Assembly: GCF_009914755.1 (NCBI RefSeq)
Contig: NC_060933.1
Length of the DNA: 64,000 bases
Direction: 5' to 3' (one strand)
Source of the DNA: the human T2T-CHM13v2.0 reference genome, Homo sapiens
Part shown: positions 1 through 13,318 of the stretch, piece after piece
Position numbering within the stretch: position 1 is the first letter of the stretch
Layout: every line of letters starts with the position of its first letter
The notes under the pieces: generated by a model
What the model saw: the letters and a program-made list of their open reading frames with translations, nothing else
What the model was told of the DNA's origin: nothing
Database searches by the model: none
Program-made: the position numbers and the translations under genes

Positions 1-73
1 TGTAATGGAATGGAATGGAACGGAATGGAATGGAATGGAATGGAATGCAATGGAATGGAATGAAATGGAATGG

Positions 74-232
74 AATCAACCCGAGTGCAATCGAATGGAA
101 TCGAATGGAATGCAATGCAATGGAATGGATTCAACTTGAATGGAATGGAAAGAATGGAATCAACACGAGTGAAAGGGCATGGATTGGAATGCAATGGAAT
201 GGAATCAACCCGAGTACAGGGGAATGGAATGG
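74..232 (+). repeat. pHuR98-like chr9 SatIII module (first of about 15 copies on the left arm; many inverted copies on the right)
   Basis: AATCAACCCGAGTGCAATCGAATGGAATCG ... GGATTCAACTTGAATGGAATGGAAAGAATGGAATCAACACGAGTG ... CAACCCGAGTACAGG. Recurs near 3059, 5435, 7615, 13453, 15678, 26567, 29577, 33914, 38064. The match to pHuR98/9q12 is from memory. Confidence 0.7.
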
Positions 233-530
233 AATGGAATGCAATGGAATGGAATCATCCGTAATGGAATGGAAAGGAATGGAATGGAATGGAATGGAAT
301 GGAATGGAATTGGATGGAATTGAATCAACTCGATTGCAATCGAATGGAATGGAATGGAATTAACCCGAATAGAATGGAATGGAATGGAATGGAACGGAAC
401 GGAACGGAATGGAATGGAATGGAATGGAATGGAATGGAACGGAAAGGAAGGGAATGGAATGGAATAGAATGGAATAGAATGGAATCAACGCGAGTGCAGG
501 GGAATGGAATGGAATGGAATGCAATGGAAT

Positions 531-545
531 GGAATCTTCCGGAAT
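531..545. promoter_or_regulatory. Canonical heat-shock element nGAAnnTTCnnGAAn (gGAAtcTTCcgGAAt); representative of ~29 left-arm copies
   Basis: Exact match to the three-unit HSF1 consensus. Other copies start at e.g. 1880, 3391, 3756, 5034, 5892, 7154, 8416, 12312, 12492, 23776, 26191, 29206, 32051, 38521. Function is inferred. Confidence 0.65.
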
Positions 546-3500
546 GGAATGGAATGGAATGGAATGGAATGGAATGGAATGGAATGAAATACAATGGATT
601 CAACTCGATTGCAATGGAATGGAATAGAATGGAATGGAATGGAATGGAATAGAATGGAATTAACCCGAATAGAATGGAATGGAATGGAATGGAATGGAAT
701 TAACCCGAATAGAATGGAATGGAATGGAATTGAACGGAATGGAATGGAATGGAATGGAATGGAATGGAATGGAATGGAATGGAATGGAATGGAATCAACA
801 CGACTGCACGGGAATGCAATGGAATGGAATGGAATGGAATGGAATGGAATGGAATCATCCGGAACGGAATGGAATGGAATGGAATGGAATCAACTCGATT
901 GCAATGGAATGGAATGGAATGGAATGGAATCGAATGGAATGGAATGGAATTAACCGGAATAGAATGGAATGGAATGGAAAGGAACGGAATGGAATGGAAT
1001 GGAATGGAATGGAATGGAATGGAATCAATTCGAGTGCTGGGGAATGGAATGGAATGGAATGCAATGGAATGGAATCATCCGGAATGGAATGGAATGGAAT
1101 GCAATCAACCTGATGCAATGGAATGGAGTGGAATGGAATGGAATGGAATGGAAACATTCCGAATGGAATGGAATGGAATGGAGTGTAAGGGAATTGAATA
1201 GAATCAATCCGAATGTAATGGAATGGAATGGAATGAAATGGAATGGAATGGAATGGAATGGAATCAACCCGAGTGCAATGGAATGGATTCGAATGGAATG
1301 GAATGGAGTGGAATGGAATGGATTCAACAAGAATGGTATGGAAAGGAATGGAATCAACCCGAGTGTAATGGCATGGAATGGAACGGAATGGAATGGGATG
1401 CAATGGAATGGTACGGAATAGAATGGAATGGAATGAAATGGAATAGAATGGAATGGAATGGAATGGAATGGAATGGAATGGAATGGAATGAACCCGTGTG
1501 CAATGGAATGGAATGGAATGGAATGGAATGGATTCAACTCGAATGGAATCCCCTCGATTGCAATGGAATGGAATGGAATTAAAAGGAATAGAATGGAATC
1601 AACCCGAGTGGAATGGAATGGAAAGGACTGGAATGGAGTGGAATGGAATGGAATGGAATTAACCTGAATAGAATGAAATGGAACGGAATGGAATGGAATG
1701 TAATGGAATGGAATGGAATGGAATCAACCTGAGTGCAGGGGAATGGAATGGAATGGAATGCAATGGAATGAAATCATCCGGAATGGAATGGAATGGAATG
1801 GAATGGAATGGAATGGAATGGAATGGAGTGGAATCAACGCGAGTGCAAGGGAATGGAATGGAATGGAATGCAATGGAATGGAATCTTCCGGAATGGAATG
1901 GAATGGAATGGAATAAACCCGAGTGCATTGGAATGGAGTGGAATGGAATGGAATGGAATGGAACAACCCGAATGGAATGGAATGTAATGGAGAGTAAGGG
2001 AGTTGAATAGAATCAATCCGAATGTAATGGAATGGAATGGAAAGGAATGGAATTGAATGGAATGGAATGGAATGGAATGGAATGGAATGGAATCAACACG
2101 AGTGCAATGGAATGGAATGGAATGGAATGGAATTAATTCGAATAGAATGGAATGGAATGTAATGGAACGGAATGGAACGGAATGGAATGGAATGGAATGG
2201 AATGGAATGGAATGGTATGGAATGGAATGGAATGGTATGGAATAGAATGGAATGGAACGAATTGTAATGGAATGGAATTGAATGGAATGGAATGGAATCA
2301 ACGCGAGTGCAGGGGAATGTAATGGAACGGAATGCAATGGAATGGAATCATCCGGAATGGAATGGAATGGAATGGAATGCAATGGAATGGAATCAACCCG
2401 AGTGCAATGGAATGGAGTGGAATGGAATGGAATGGAATGGAACAACCCGAATGGAATGGAATGTAATGGAGAGTAAGGGAGTTGAACAGAATCAATCCGA
2501 ATGTAATGGAATGGAATGCAACGGAATGGAATGGAATGGAATGGAATGGAATGCAATGGAATGGAATCAACCCGAGTAAAATGGAATGGAATGGAATGGA
2601 ATGGAATGGAATGGAATGGAATCATCCGGAATGGAATGGAATGGAATGGAATGCAATGGAATGGAATCAACTCGATTTCAATGGAATGGAATGGAATAGA
2701 ATGGAATGGAATTAACACGAAAGAATGGAATGGAATGGAATGGAAAAGAAAGGAATGTAATGGAATGGAATGGAATAAACCCAAGTGCAGGGGAATGGAA
2801 CGCAATGGAATTCAATGGAATGGAATCATCCGGAATGGAATGGAATGGAATGGAATGGAATGGAATGGAATGGAATCAACCCGAGTGCAATGGAATGGAG
2901 AGGAATGGAATGGAATGGAATGGAAACTACACGAATGGAATGGAATGAAATGGAGTGTAAGGGAATTGAATAGAATGAATCCGAATGGAATGGAATGGAA
3001 TGGAATGGAAAGGAATGGAATGGAATGGAATGGAATGGAATGGAATGCAATGCCATGGAATCAACCCGAGTGCAATCGAATGGAATCGAATGGAATGGAA
3101 TGCAATGTAATGGATTCAACTTGAATGGAATGGAAATAATGGAATCAACACGAGTGGAATGGCATGGATTGGAATGGAATGGAATGGAATCAACTCGATT
3201 GCAATCGAATGGAATGGAATGGAATTAACCCGAATAGAATGGAATGGAATGGAATGGAATGGAACGGAACGGAATGGAATGGAATGGAATGGAATGGAAC
3301 GGATCGGAATGGAATGGAATGGAATGGAATGGAATGGAATGGAATCAACGCGAGTTCAGGGGAATGGAATGGAATGGAATGCAATGGAATGGAATCTTCC
3401 GGAATGGAATGGAATGGAATGGAATAGAATGGAATGGAATGGAATGGAATGGAATCAACCCGAGTACAGGGGAATGGAATGGAATGTAATGCAGTGGAAT

Positions 3501-5279
3501 GGAACCATCCGTAATGGAATGGAAAGGAATGGAATGGAATGGAATGGAATGGAATGGAATGGAATGAACTCGATTGCAATCGAATGGAATGGAATGGAAT
3601 TAACCCGAATAGAATGGAATGGAATGGAACGGAACGGAACGGAACGGAATGGAATGGAATGGAATGGATCGGAACGGAACGGAACGGAATGGAATGGAAT
3701 GGAATGGAATCAACGCGAGTGCAGGGGAATGGAATGGAATGGAATGCAATGGAATGGAATCTTCCGGAATGGAATGGAATGGAATGGAATGGAATGAAAT
3801 GCAATGGATTCAACTCGATTGCAATGGAATGGAATAGAATGGAATGGAATGGAATGGAATGGAATGGAATTAACCAGAATAGAATGGAATGGAATGCAAT
3901 GGAACGGAATGGAACGGAATGGAATGGAATGGAATGGAATGGAATGGAATGGAATGGAATGGTATGGAATGGAATGGAGTGGTAAGGAATAGAATGGAAT
4001 GGAACGAATTGTAATGGAATGGAATTGAATAGAATGGAATTGAATCAATGCCAGTGCAGGGGAATGTAATGGAACGGAATGCAATGGAATGGAATCATCC
4101 GGAATGGAATGGAATGGAATGGAATGGAATGGAATGGAATCAACCCGAGTGCAATGGAATGGAGTGGAATGGAATGGAATGGAATGGAATGGAACAACCC
4201 GAATGGAATGGAATGTAATGGAGAGTAAGGGAGTTGAATAGAATCAATCCGAATGTAATGGAATGGAATGCAACGGAATGGAGTGGAATGGAATGGAATC
4301 AACCCGAGTGCAGGGGAATGGAATGGAATGGAATGCAATGGAATGGAATCATCCGGAATGGAATGGAATGGAATGGAATGGAATGGAATCAACCCGAGTG
4401 CAATGGAATGGAGTGGAATGGAAAGGAATACATTGGAATCAACCCGAGTGGAATGGAATGTAAAGGACTGGAATGGAGTGGAATGGAATGGAATGGAATG
4501 GAATGGAATCAACTCGATTGGAATGGAATGGAATGGAATGGAATGGAATGGAATGGAATTAACCCGAATAGAATGGAATGGAATGGAATGGAACGGAATG
4601 GAATGGAATTGAATGGAATGGAATGGAATGGAATGGAATGGAATCAACCCGACTGCAGGGGAATGGAATGGAATGGAATGCAATGGAATGGATTCAACTT
4701 GAATGGAATGGAAAGAATGGAATCAACACGAGTGGAATGGCATGGATTGGAATGGAATGGAATGGAATCAACCCGAGTACAGGGGAATGGAATGGAATGG
4801 AATGCAATGGAATGGAATGGAATCAACTCGATTGCAGTCAAATGGAATGGAATGGAATTAACCCGAATAGAATGGAATGGAATGGAATGGAACGGAACGG
4901 AACGGAACGGAACGGAATGGAATGGAATGGAATGGAATGGAACGGAAAGGAATGGAATGGTATGGAATGGAATGGAATGGAATGGAATCAACGCGAGTGC
5001 AGGGTAATGGAATGGAATGGAATGCAATGGAATGGAATCTTCCGGAATGGAATGGAATGGAATGGAATGGAATGGAATCAACCCGAGTGCAATGGAATGG
5101 AGTGGAATGGAATGGAATGGAATGGAACAACCCGAATGGAATGGAATGTAATGGAGAGTAAGGGAGTTGAATAGAGTCAATCCGAATGTAATGGAAAGGA
5201 AAGGAACGGAATGGAATTGAATGGAATGGAATGGAATGCAATGGAATGGAATCAACCCGAGTGCAATGGAATGGAGAGG

Positions 5280-8200
5280 AATGGAATGGAATGGAATGGA
5301 AACTACCCGAATGGAATGGAATGTAATGGAGTGTAAGGGAATTGAATAGAATCAATCCGAATGTAATGGAATGGAATGGAACGGAATGGAATGGAATGGA
5401 ATGGAATGCAATGGAATGGAATGCAATGGAATGGAATCAACCCGAGTGCAATCGAATGGAATCGAATGGAATGGAATGCAATGGAATGGATTCAACTTGA
5501 ATGGAATGGAAAGAATGGAATCAACACGAGTGGAAGGGCATGGATTGGAATGCAATGGAATGGAATCAACCCGAGTACAGGGGAATGGAATGGAATGGAA
5601 TGCAATAGAATGGAATCATCCGTAATGGAATGGAAAGGAACGGAATGGAATGGAATGGAATGGAATGGAATGGAATGGAATCAACACGATTGCAATCGAA
5701 TGGAATGGAATGGAATTAACCCGAATAGAATGGAATGGAATGGAATGGAACGGAACGGAATGGAATGGAATGGAATGGAATGGAATGGAATGGAACGGAA
5801 CGGAACGGAATGGAATGGAATGGAATGGAATGGAATGGAATGGAATCAACGCGAGTGCAGGGGAATGGAATGGAATGCAATGCAATGGAATGGAATCTTC
5901 CGGAATGGAATGGAATGGAATGCAATGGAATGGAATTAACCCGAATAGAATGGAATGGAATGGAATGGAACGGAATGGAACGGAACGGAATGGAATGGAA
6001 TGGAATGGAATGGAATGGAATGGAATGGTATGGAAAGGAATGGAATGGTACGGAATAGAATGGAATGGAACGAATTGTAATGGAATGGAATTGAATGGAA
6101 TGGAATGGAATGGAATGGAATCAACGCGAGTGCAGGGGAATGTAATGGAACGGAATGCAATGGAATGGAATCATCCGGAATGGAATGGAATGGAATGGAA
6201 TGGAATGGAATCAACCCGAGTGCAATGGAATGGAGTGGAATGGAATGGAATGGAATGGAACAACCCGAATGGAATGGAATGTAATGGAGAGTAAGGGAGT
6301 TGAATAGAATCAATCCGAATGTAATGGAATGGAATGCAACGGAATGGAATGGAACGGAATGCAATGGAATGGAATGGAATGGAATGCAAAGGAATGGAAT
6401 CAACCCGAGTGGAATGGCATGGAATGGAATGCAATGGATTGGAATGGAATGGAATCAACTCGAGTGGAAAGGAATGGAATGGAATGGAAAGGAATGGAAT
6501 GAAGTCAACTCGAGTGGAATGGAATGGAATGGAAAGGATTGGAATGGATTGCAATGGAATGAAGTGGAATGGAATGGAATGGAATCAATCATTCCGAGTG
6601 GAATGGAAGGGAATGTAATGCAATGGAAAGAAGGGAATGGAATCAACCCGAGTGGAATGCAAGGCAATGGAATGGAATGGAAAGGAATGGAATGGAATCA
6701 ACTCGATTGCAATGGAATGGAATGGAATGGAATGGAATGGAATGGAATTAACCAGAATAGAATGGAATGGAATGGAATGGAACGGAATGGAATGGAATGG
6801 AAGGGAATGGAATCAACACGAGTGCAGGGGAATGGAATGGAATGGAATGCAATGGAATGGAATCATCCGTAATGGAATGGAGAGGAATGGAATGGAATGG
6901 AATGGAATAGAATGGAATGGAATGGAATCAACTCGATTGCAGTCGAAAGGAATGGAATGGAATTAACCCGAATAGAATGGAATGGAATGGAATGGAACGG
7001 AACGGAACGGAACGGAACGGAACGGAATGGAATGGAATGGAATGGAATGGAGCGGAAAGGAATGGAATGGAATGGAATGGAATGGAATGGAATGGAATGG
7101 AATAGAATCAACGCGAGTGCAGGGGAATGGAATGGAATGGAATGCAATGGAATGGAATCTTCCGGAATGGAATGGAATGGAATGGAATGGAAGGGAATGG
7201 AACGGAAAAGAATGGAATGGAATGGAATGGAATGGAATGGAATGGAATGGAATGGAATGGAATCAACCCGAGTGCAATGGAATGGAGTGGAATGGAATGG
7301 AATGGAATGGAACAACCCGAATGGAATGTAATGGAGAGTAAGGGAGTTGAATAGAGTCAATCCGAATGTAACGGAAAGGAAAGGAACGGAATGGAATTGA
7401 ATGGAATGGAATGGAATGCAATGGAATGGAATCAACCCGAGTGCAATGGAATGGAGAGGAATGGAATGGAATGGAATGGAAACTACCCGAATGGAATGGA
7501 ATGTAATGGAGTGTAAGGGAATTGAATAGAATCAATCCGAATGTAATGGAATGGAATGGAACGGAATGGAATGGAATGGAATGGAATGCAATGGAATGGA
7601 ATGCAATGGAATGGAATCAACCCGAGTGCAATCGAATGGAATCGAATGGAATGGAATGCAATGGAATGGATTCAACTTGAATGGAATGGAAAGAATGGAA
7701 TCAACACGAGTGGAAGGGCATGGATTGGAATGCAATGGAATGGAATCAACCCGAGTACAGGGGAATGGAATGGAATGGAATGCAATAGAATGGAATCATC
7801 CGTAATGGAATGGAAAGGAATGGAATGGAATGGAATGGAATGGAATGGAATTGAATGGAATCAACACGATTGCAATCGAATGGAATGGAATGGAATTAAC
7901 CCGAATAGAATGGAATGGAATGGAATGGAACGGAATGGAACGGAACGGAATGGAATGGAATGGAATGGAATGGAATGGAATGGTATGGTATGGAAAGGAA
8001 TGGAATGGTACGGAATAGAATGGAATGGAACGAATTGTAATGGAATGGAATTGAATGGAATGGAATGGAATGGAATGGAATCAACGCGAGTGCAGGGGAA
8101 TGTAATGGAACGGAATGCAATGGAATGGAATCATCCGGAATGGAATGGAATGGAATGGAATGGAATGGAATCAACCCGAGTGCAATGGAATGGAGTGGAA

Positions 8201-11200
8201 TGGAATGGAATGGAATGGAACAACCCGAATGGAATGGAATGTAATGGAGAGTAAGGGAGTTGAATAGAATCAATCCGAATGTAATGGAATGGAACGCAAC
8301 GGAATGGAATGGAATGGAACGGAACGGAATGGAATGGAATGGAATGGAATGGAATGGAATGGAATGGAATCAACGCGAGTGCAGGGGAATGGCATGGAAT
8401 GGAATACAATGGAATGGAATCTTCCGGAATGGAATGGAATGGAATGGAATGGAATGGAATGAAATGCAATGGATTCAACACGATTGCAATGGAATGGAAT
8501 AGAATGGAATGGAATGGAATGGAATGGGATTAACCCGAATAGAATGGAATGGAATGGAATGGAATGGAACGGAATGCAACGGAATGGAATGGAATGGAAT
8601 GGAATGGAATGGTATGGAATGGAATGGAATGGTACGGAATAGAATGGAATGGAACGAATTGTAATGGAATGCAATTGAATGGAATGGAATGGAATCAACG
8701 CGAGTGCAGGGGAATGTAATGGAATGGAATTGAATGGAATGGAATGGAATGGAATGGAATCAACGCGAGTGCAGGGGAATGTAATGGAACGGAATGCAAT
8801 GGAATGGAATCATCCGGAATGGAATGGAATGGAATGGAATGGAATGGAATCAACCCGAATGCAATGGAATGGAGTGGAATGGAATGGAATGGAATGGAAC
8901 AACCCGAATGGAATGGAATGTAATGGAGAGTAAGGGAGTTGAATAGAATCAATCCGAATGTAATGGAATGCAATGCAACGGAATGGAATGGAATGGAATG
9001 GTATGGAATGGAATGGAATGGAATGGTATGCAAAGGAATGGAATCAACCCGAGTGGAATGGCATGGAATGGAATGCAATGGATTGGAATGGAATGGAATC
9101 AACTCGAGTGGAAAGGAATGGAATGGAATGGAAAGGAAAGGAATGAAGTCAACTCGAGTGGAATGGAATGGAATGGAATGGATTGGAATGGATTGCAATG
9201 GAATGAAATGGAATGGAATGGAATGGAATCAATCATGGAAGGGAATGTAATGGAGTGGAAAGAAGGGAATGGAATCAACCCGAGTGGAATGCAAGGCAAT
9301 GGAATGGAATGGAAAGGAATGGAATGGAATCAGCTCGATTGCAATGGAATGGAATGGAATGGAATGGAATGGAATGGAATGGAATTAACCGGAATAGAAT
9401 GGAATGGAATGGAATGGAACGGAATGGAATGGAATGGAAGGGAATGGAATCAACACGAGTGCAGGGAAATGGAATGGAATGGAATGCAATGGAATGGAAT
9501 CATCCGGAATGGAATGGAATGGAATGGAATCAACTCCATTGCAATGGAATGGAATGGAATGGAATGGAATAAAATGGAATGGAATTAACCCGAATAGAAT
9601 GGAATGCAATAGAATGGAATGCAACGGAACCGAATGGAGTGGAATGGAATGGAATGGAATCAACCCGAGTACAGGGGAATGGAATGGAATGGAATGCAAT
9701 GGAATGGAGTCATCCGTAGTGGAATGGAATGGAATGAAAGGCAATGGATTCAACTCGATTGCAATGGAATGGAATAGAATGGAATGGAATGGAATGGAAT
9801 TTAATGGAATGGAATGCCTTCAAACCAAATGGAATGGAAAGAATGGAATCAACACTAGTGGAAACGAATGGAATGGAAAGGAATGGAATGGAATGGAATG
9901 GTACGGAATAGAACGGAATGGAACGAACAGGAATGGAATGGAATGGAATGGAATGGAATGGAATGGAATCGTTCCGAGTGGAATAGGAGGGAATGTATTC
10001 GAGTGGAATGGAAAGGAATGGAATCAACTAGAGTGGAATGGAAGGGAATGGAATGGAATGGAAACTAATAGAATGGAATCAACCCGAGTGGAATGGAATG
10101 GAAAGGACTGGAATGGAATGGAATGGAATGGAATGGCATGGAATCAACTCGATTGTAATGGAATGGAATGGAATGGAATGGAATTAACCCGAATACAATG
10201 GAATGGAATGGAATGGAACGGAATGGAGTGGAATGGAATGGAATCAACCCGAGTGCACGGGAATGGAATGGAAAGGAATGCAATGGAATGGAATCATCCG
10301 GAATGGAATGGAATGGAATGGAATGCAAAGCAATGGAATCAACTCGATTGCAATGGAATGGAATGGAATGGAAAGGAATAGAATGGAATCAACCCGAGTG
10401 TAATGGAATGGAAAGGACTGGAATGGAGTGGAATGGAATGGAATGGAATGGAATGGAATGGAATGGAATCAACTCGATTGGAATGGAATGGAATGGAATG
10501 GAATGGAATGGAATTAACCCGAATAGAATGGAATGGAATGGAATGGAACGGAATGGAATGGAATGGAATGGAATGGAATCAACCCGACTGCAGTGGAATG
10601 GAATGAAATGGAATGGAATGGAATGGAATCATCCGGAACGGAATGGAATGGAATGGAATGGAATCAACTCGATTGCAATGGAATGGAATGGAATGGAATG
10701 GAACAAAATGGAATGGAATGGAATTAACCGGAATAGAATGGAATGGAATGGAATGGAACGGAACGGAATGGAATGGAATGGAATGGAATGGAATGGAATG
10801 GAATGGAATGGAATGGAATCAACCCGAGTGCAGGGGAATGGAATGGAATGGAATGCAATGGAATGGAATCATCCGGAATGGAATGGAATGGAATGGAATG
10901 CAATCAACCTGATGCAATGGAATGGAGTGGAATGGAATGGAATGGAATGGAAACATCCCAAATGTAATGGAATGTAATGGAGTGTAAGGGAATTGAATAG
11001 AATCAATCCGAATGTAATGGAATGGAATGGAATGAAATGGAAAGGAATGGAATGGAATGGAATGGAATCAACCCGAGTGCAATGGAATGGATTCGAATGG
11101 AATGGAATGGAATGGAATGGATTCAACAAGAGTGGAATGGAAGGGAATGGAATCAACCCGAGTGTAATGGCATGGAATGGAACGGAATGGAATGGGATGG

Positions 11201-13318
11201 AATGGAATGGTACGGAATAGAATGGAATGGAATGATATGGAATGGAATGGAATGGAATGGAATGGAATGGAATGGAATGAACCCGTGTGCAATGGAATGG
11301 AATGGAATGGAATGGAATGGATTCAACTCGAATGGAATCAACTCGATTGCAATGGAATGGAATGGAATTGAAAGGAATAGAATGGAATCAACCCGAGTGG
11401 AATGGAATGGAAAGGACTGGAATGGAGTGGAATGGAATGGAATGGAATTAACCCGAATAGAATGAAATGGAGCGGAATGGAATGGAATGGAATGGAATGG
11501 AATGGAATCAACCCGAGTGCAGGGGAATGGAATGGAATGGAATGCAATGGAATGAAATCATCCGGAATGGAATGGAATGGAATGGAATGGAATGGAATGG
11601 AATCAACTCGATTTCAATGGAATGGAATGGAATAGAATGGAATGGAATTAACACGAAAGAATGGAATGGAATGGAATGGAATGGAATGGAAAAGAAAGGA
11701 ATGGAATGGAATGGAATGGAATCAACCCAAGTGCAGGGGAATGGAATGCAATGGAATTCAATGGAATGGAATCATCCGGAATGGAATGGAATGGAATGGA
11801 ATGGAATGGAATTGAATGGAATCAACCCGAGTGCAATGGAATGGAGAGGAATGGAATGGAATGGAATGGAAACTACACGAATGGAATGGAATGTAATGGA
11901 GTGTAAGGGAATTGAATAGAATGAATCCGAATCGAATGGAATGGAATGGAATGGAATGGAATGGAAAGGAATGGAATGTAATGGAATGGAATGGAATGCA
12001 ATGCCATGGAATCAACCCAAGTGCAATCGAATGGAATCGAATGGAATGGAATGCAATGGAATGGATTGAACTTGAATGGAATGGAAAGAATGGAATCATA
12101 ACGAGTGGAATGGCATGGTTTGGAATGGAATGGAATGGAATCAACTCGATTGCAATCGAATGGAATGGAATGGAATTAACCCGAATAGAATGGAATGGAA
12201 TGGAATGGAATGGAATGGAACGGAACGGAATGGAATGGAATGGAATGGAATGGAACGGATCGGAATGGAATGGAATGGAATGGAATGGAATGGAATGGAA
12301 TGCAATGGAATGGAATCTTCCGGAATGGAATGGAATGGAATGGAATAGAATGGAATGGAATGGAATGGAATGGAATGGAATCAACCCGAGTACAGGGGAA
12401 TGGAATGGAATGTAATGCAGTGGAATGGAATCATCCGTAATGGAATGGAAAGGAATGGAATGGAATGGAATGGAATGGAATGCAATGGAATGGAATCTTC
12501 CGGAATGGAATAGAATGGAATGCAATGGATTCAACTCGATTGCAATGGAATGGAATGGAATGGAATTGAATGCAATGGATTCATCTCTATTGCAATGGAA
12601 TGGAATAGAATGGAATGGAATGGAATGGAATGGAATTAACCCGAATAAAATGGAATGGAATAGAATGGAACGGAACGGAACAGAACGGAATGGAATGGAA
12701 TGGAATGGAATGGAATGGAATGGCATGGAATGGAATGGAATGTACGGAATAGAATGGAATGGAAACAATTGGAATGGAATGGAATCGAATGGAATGGAAT
12801 GGAATGGAATGGAATCAACCCGAGTGCAGGGGAATGTAATGGAACGGAATGTAATGGAATGGAATCATCCGGAATGGAATGGAATGGAATGGAATGGAAT
12901 GGAATGGAACCAACTCGATTGTGATGGAATGGAATGGAATGGAATGGAATGGAATGGAATTAACCCGAATACAATGGAATGGAATGGAATGGAACGGAAT
13001 GGAGTGGAATGGAATGGAATCATCCCGAGTGCAGGGGAATGGAATGGAATGGAATGCATTGGAATGGAATCATCCGGAATAGAATGCAAAGCAAAGGAAT
13101 CAACTCGATTGCAATGGAATGGAATGGAATGGAAAGGAATACATTGGAATCAACCCGAGTGGAATGGAATGGAAAGGACTGGAATGGAGTGGAATGGAAT
13201 GGAATGGAATGGAATGGAATCAACTCGATTGGAATGGAATGGAATGGAATGGAATGGAATGGAATGGAATTAACCCGAATAGAATGGAATGGAATGGAAT
13301 GGAATGGAATGGAATGGA
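5280..13318 (+). repeat. ~8.0-kb higher-order repeat, copy 1
   Basis: Rare markers recur at offsets of 8018-8078: CTACCCGAAT 5303/13321, AATCATGGAAGGG 9231/17309, GCCTTCAAACCAAATGG 9816/17894, TCATCTCTATTGC 12581/20644. The ORF track repeats with the same offsets. Confidence 0.93.

Noticed and set aside
9970-10010. GTTCCGAGTGGAATAGGAGGGAATGTATTCGAG as a foreign insert or Shine-Dalgarno-like element
   Set aside because: It keeps the pentamer register and recurs on both arms as a diverged satellite module.
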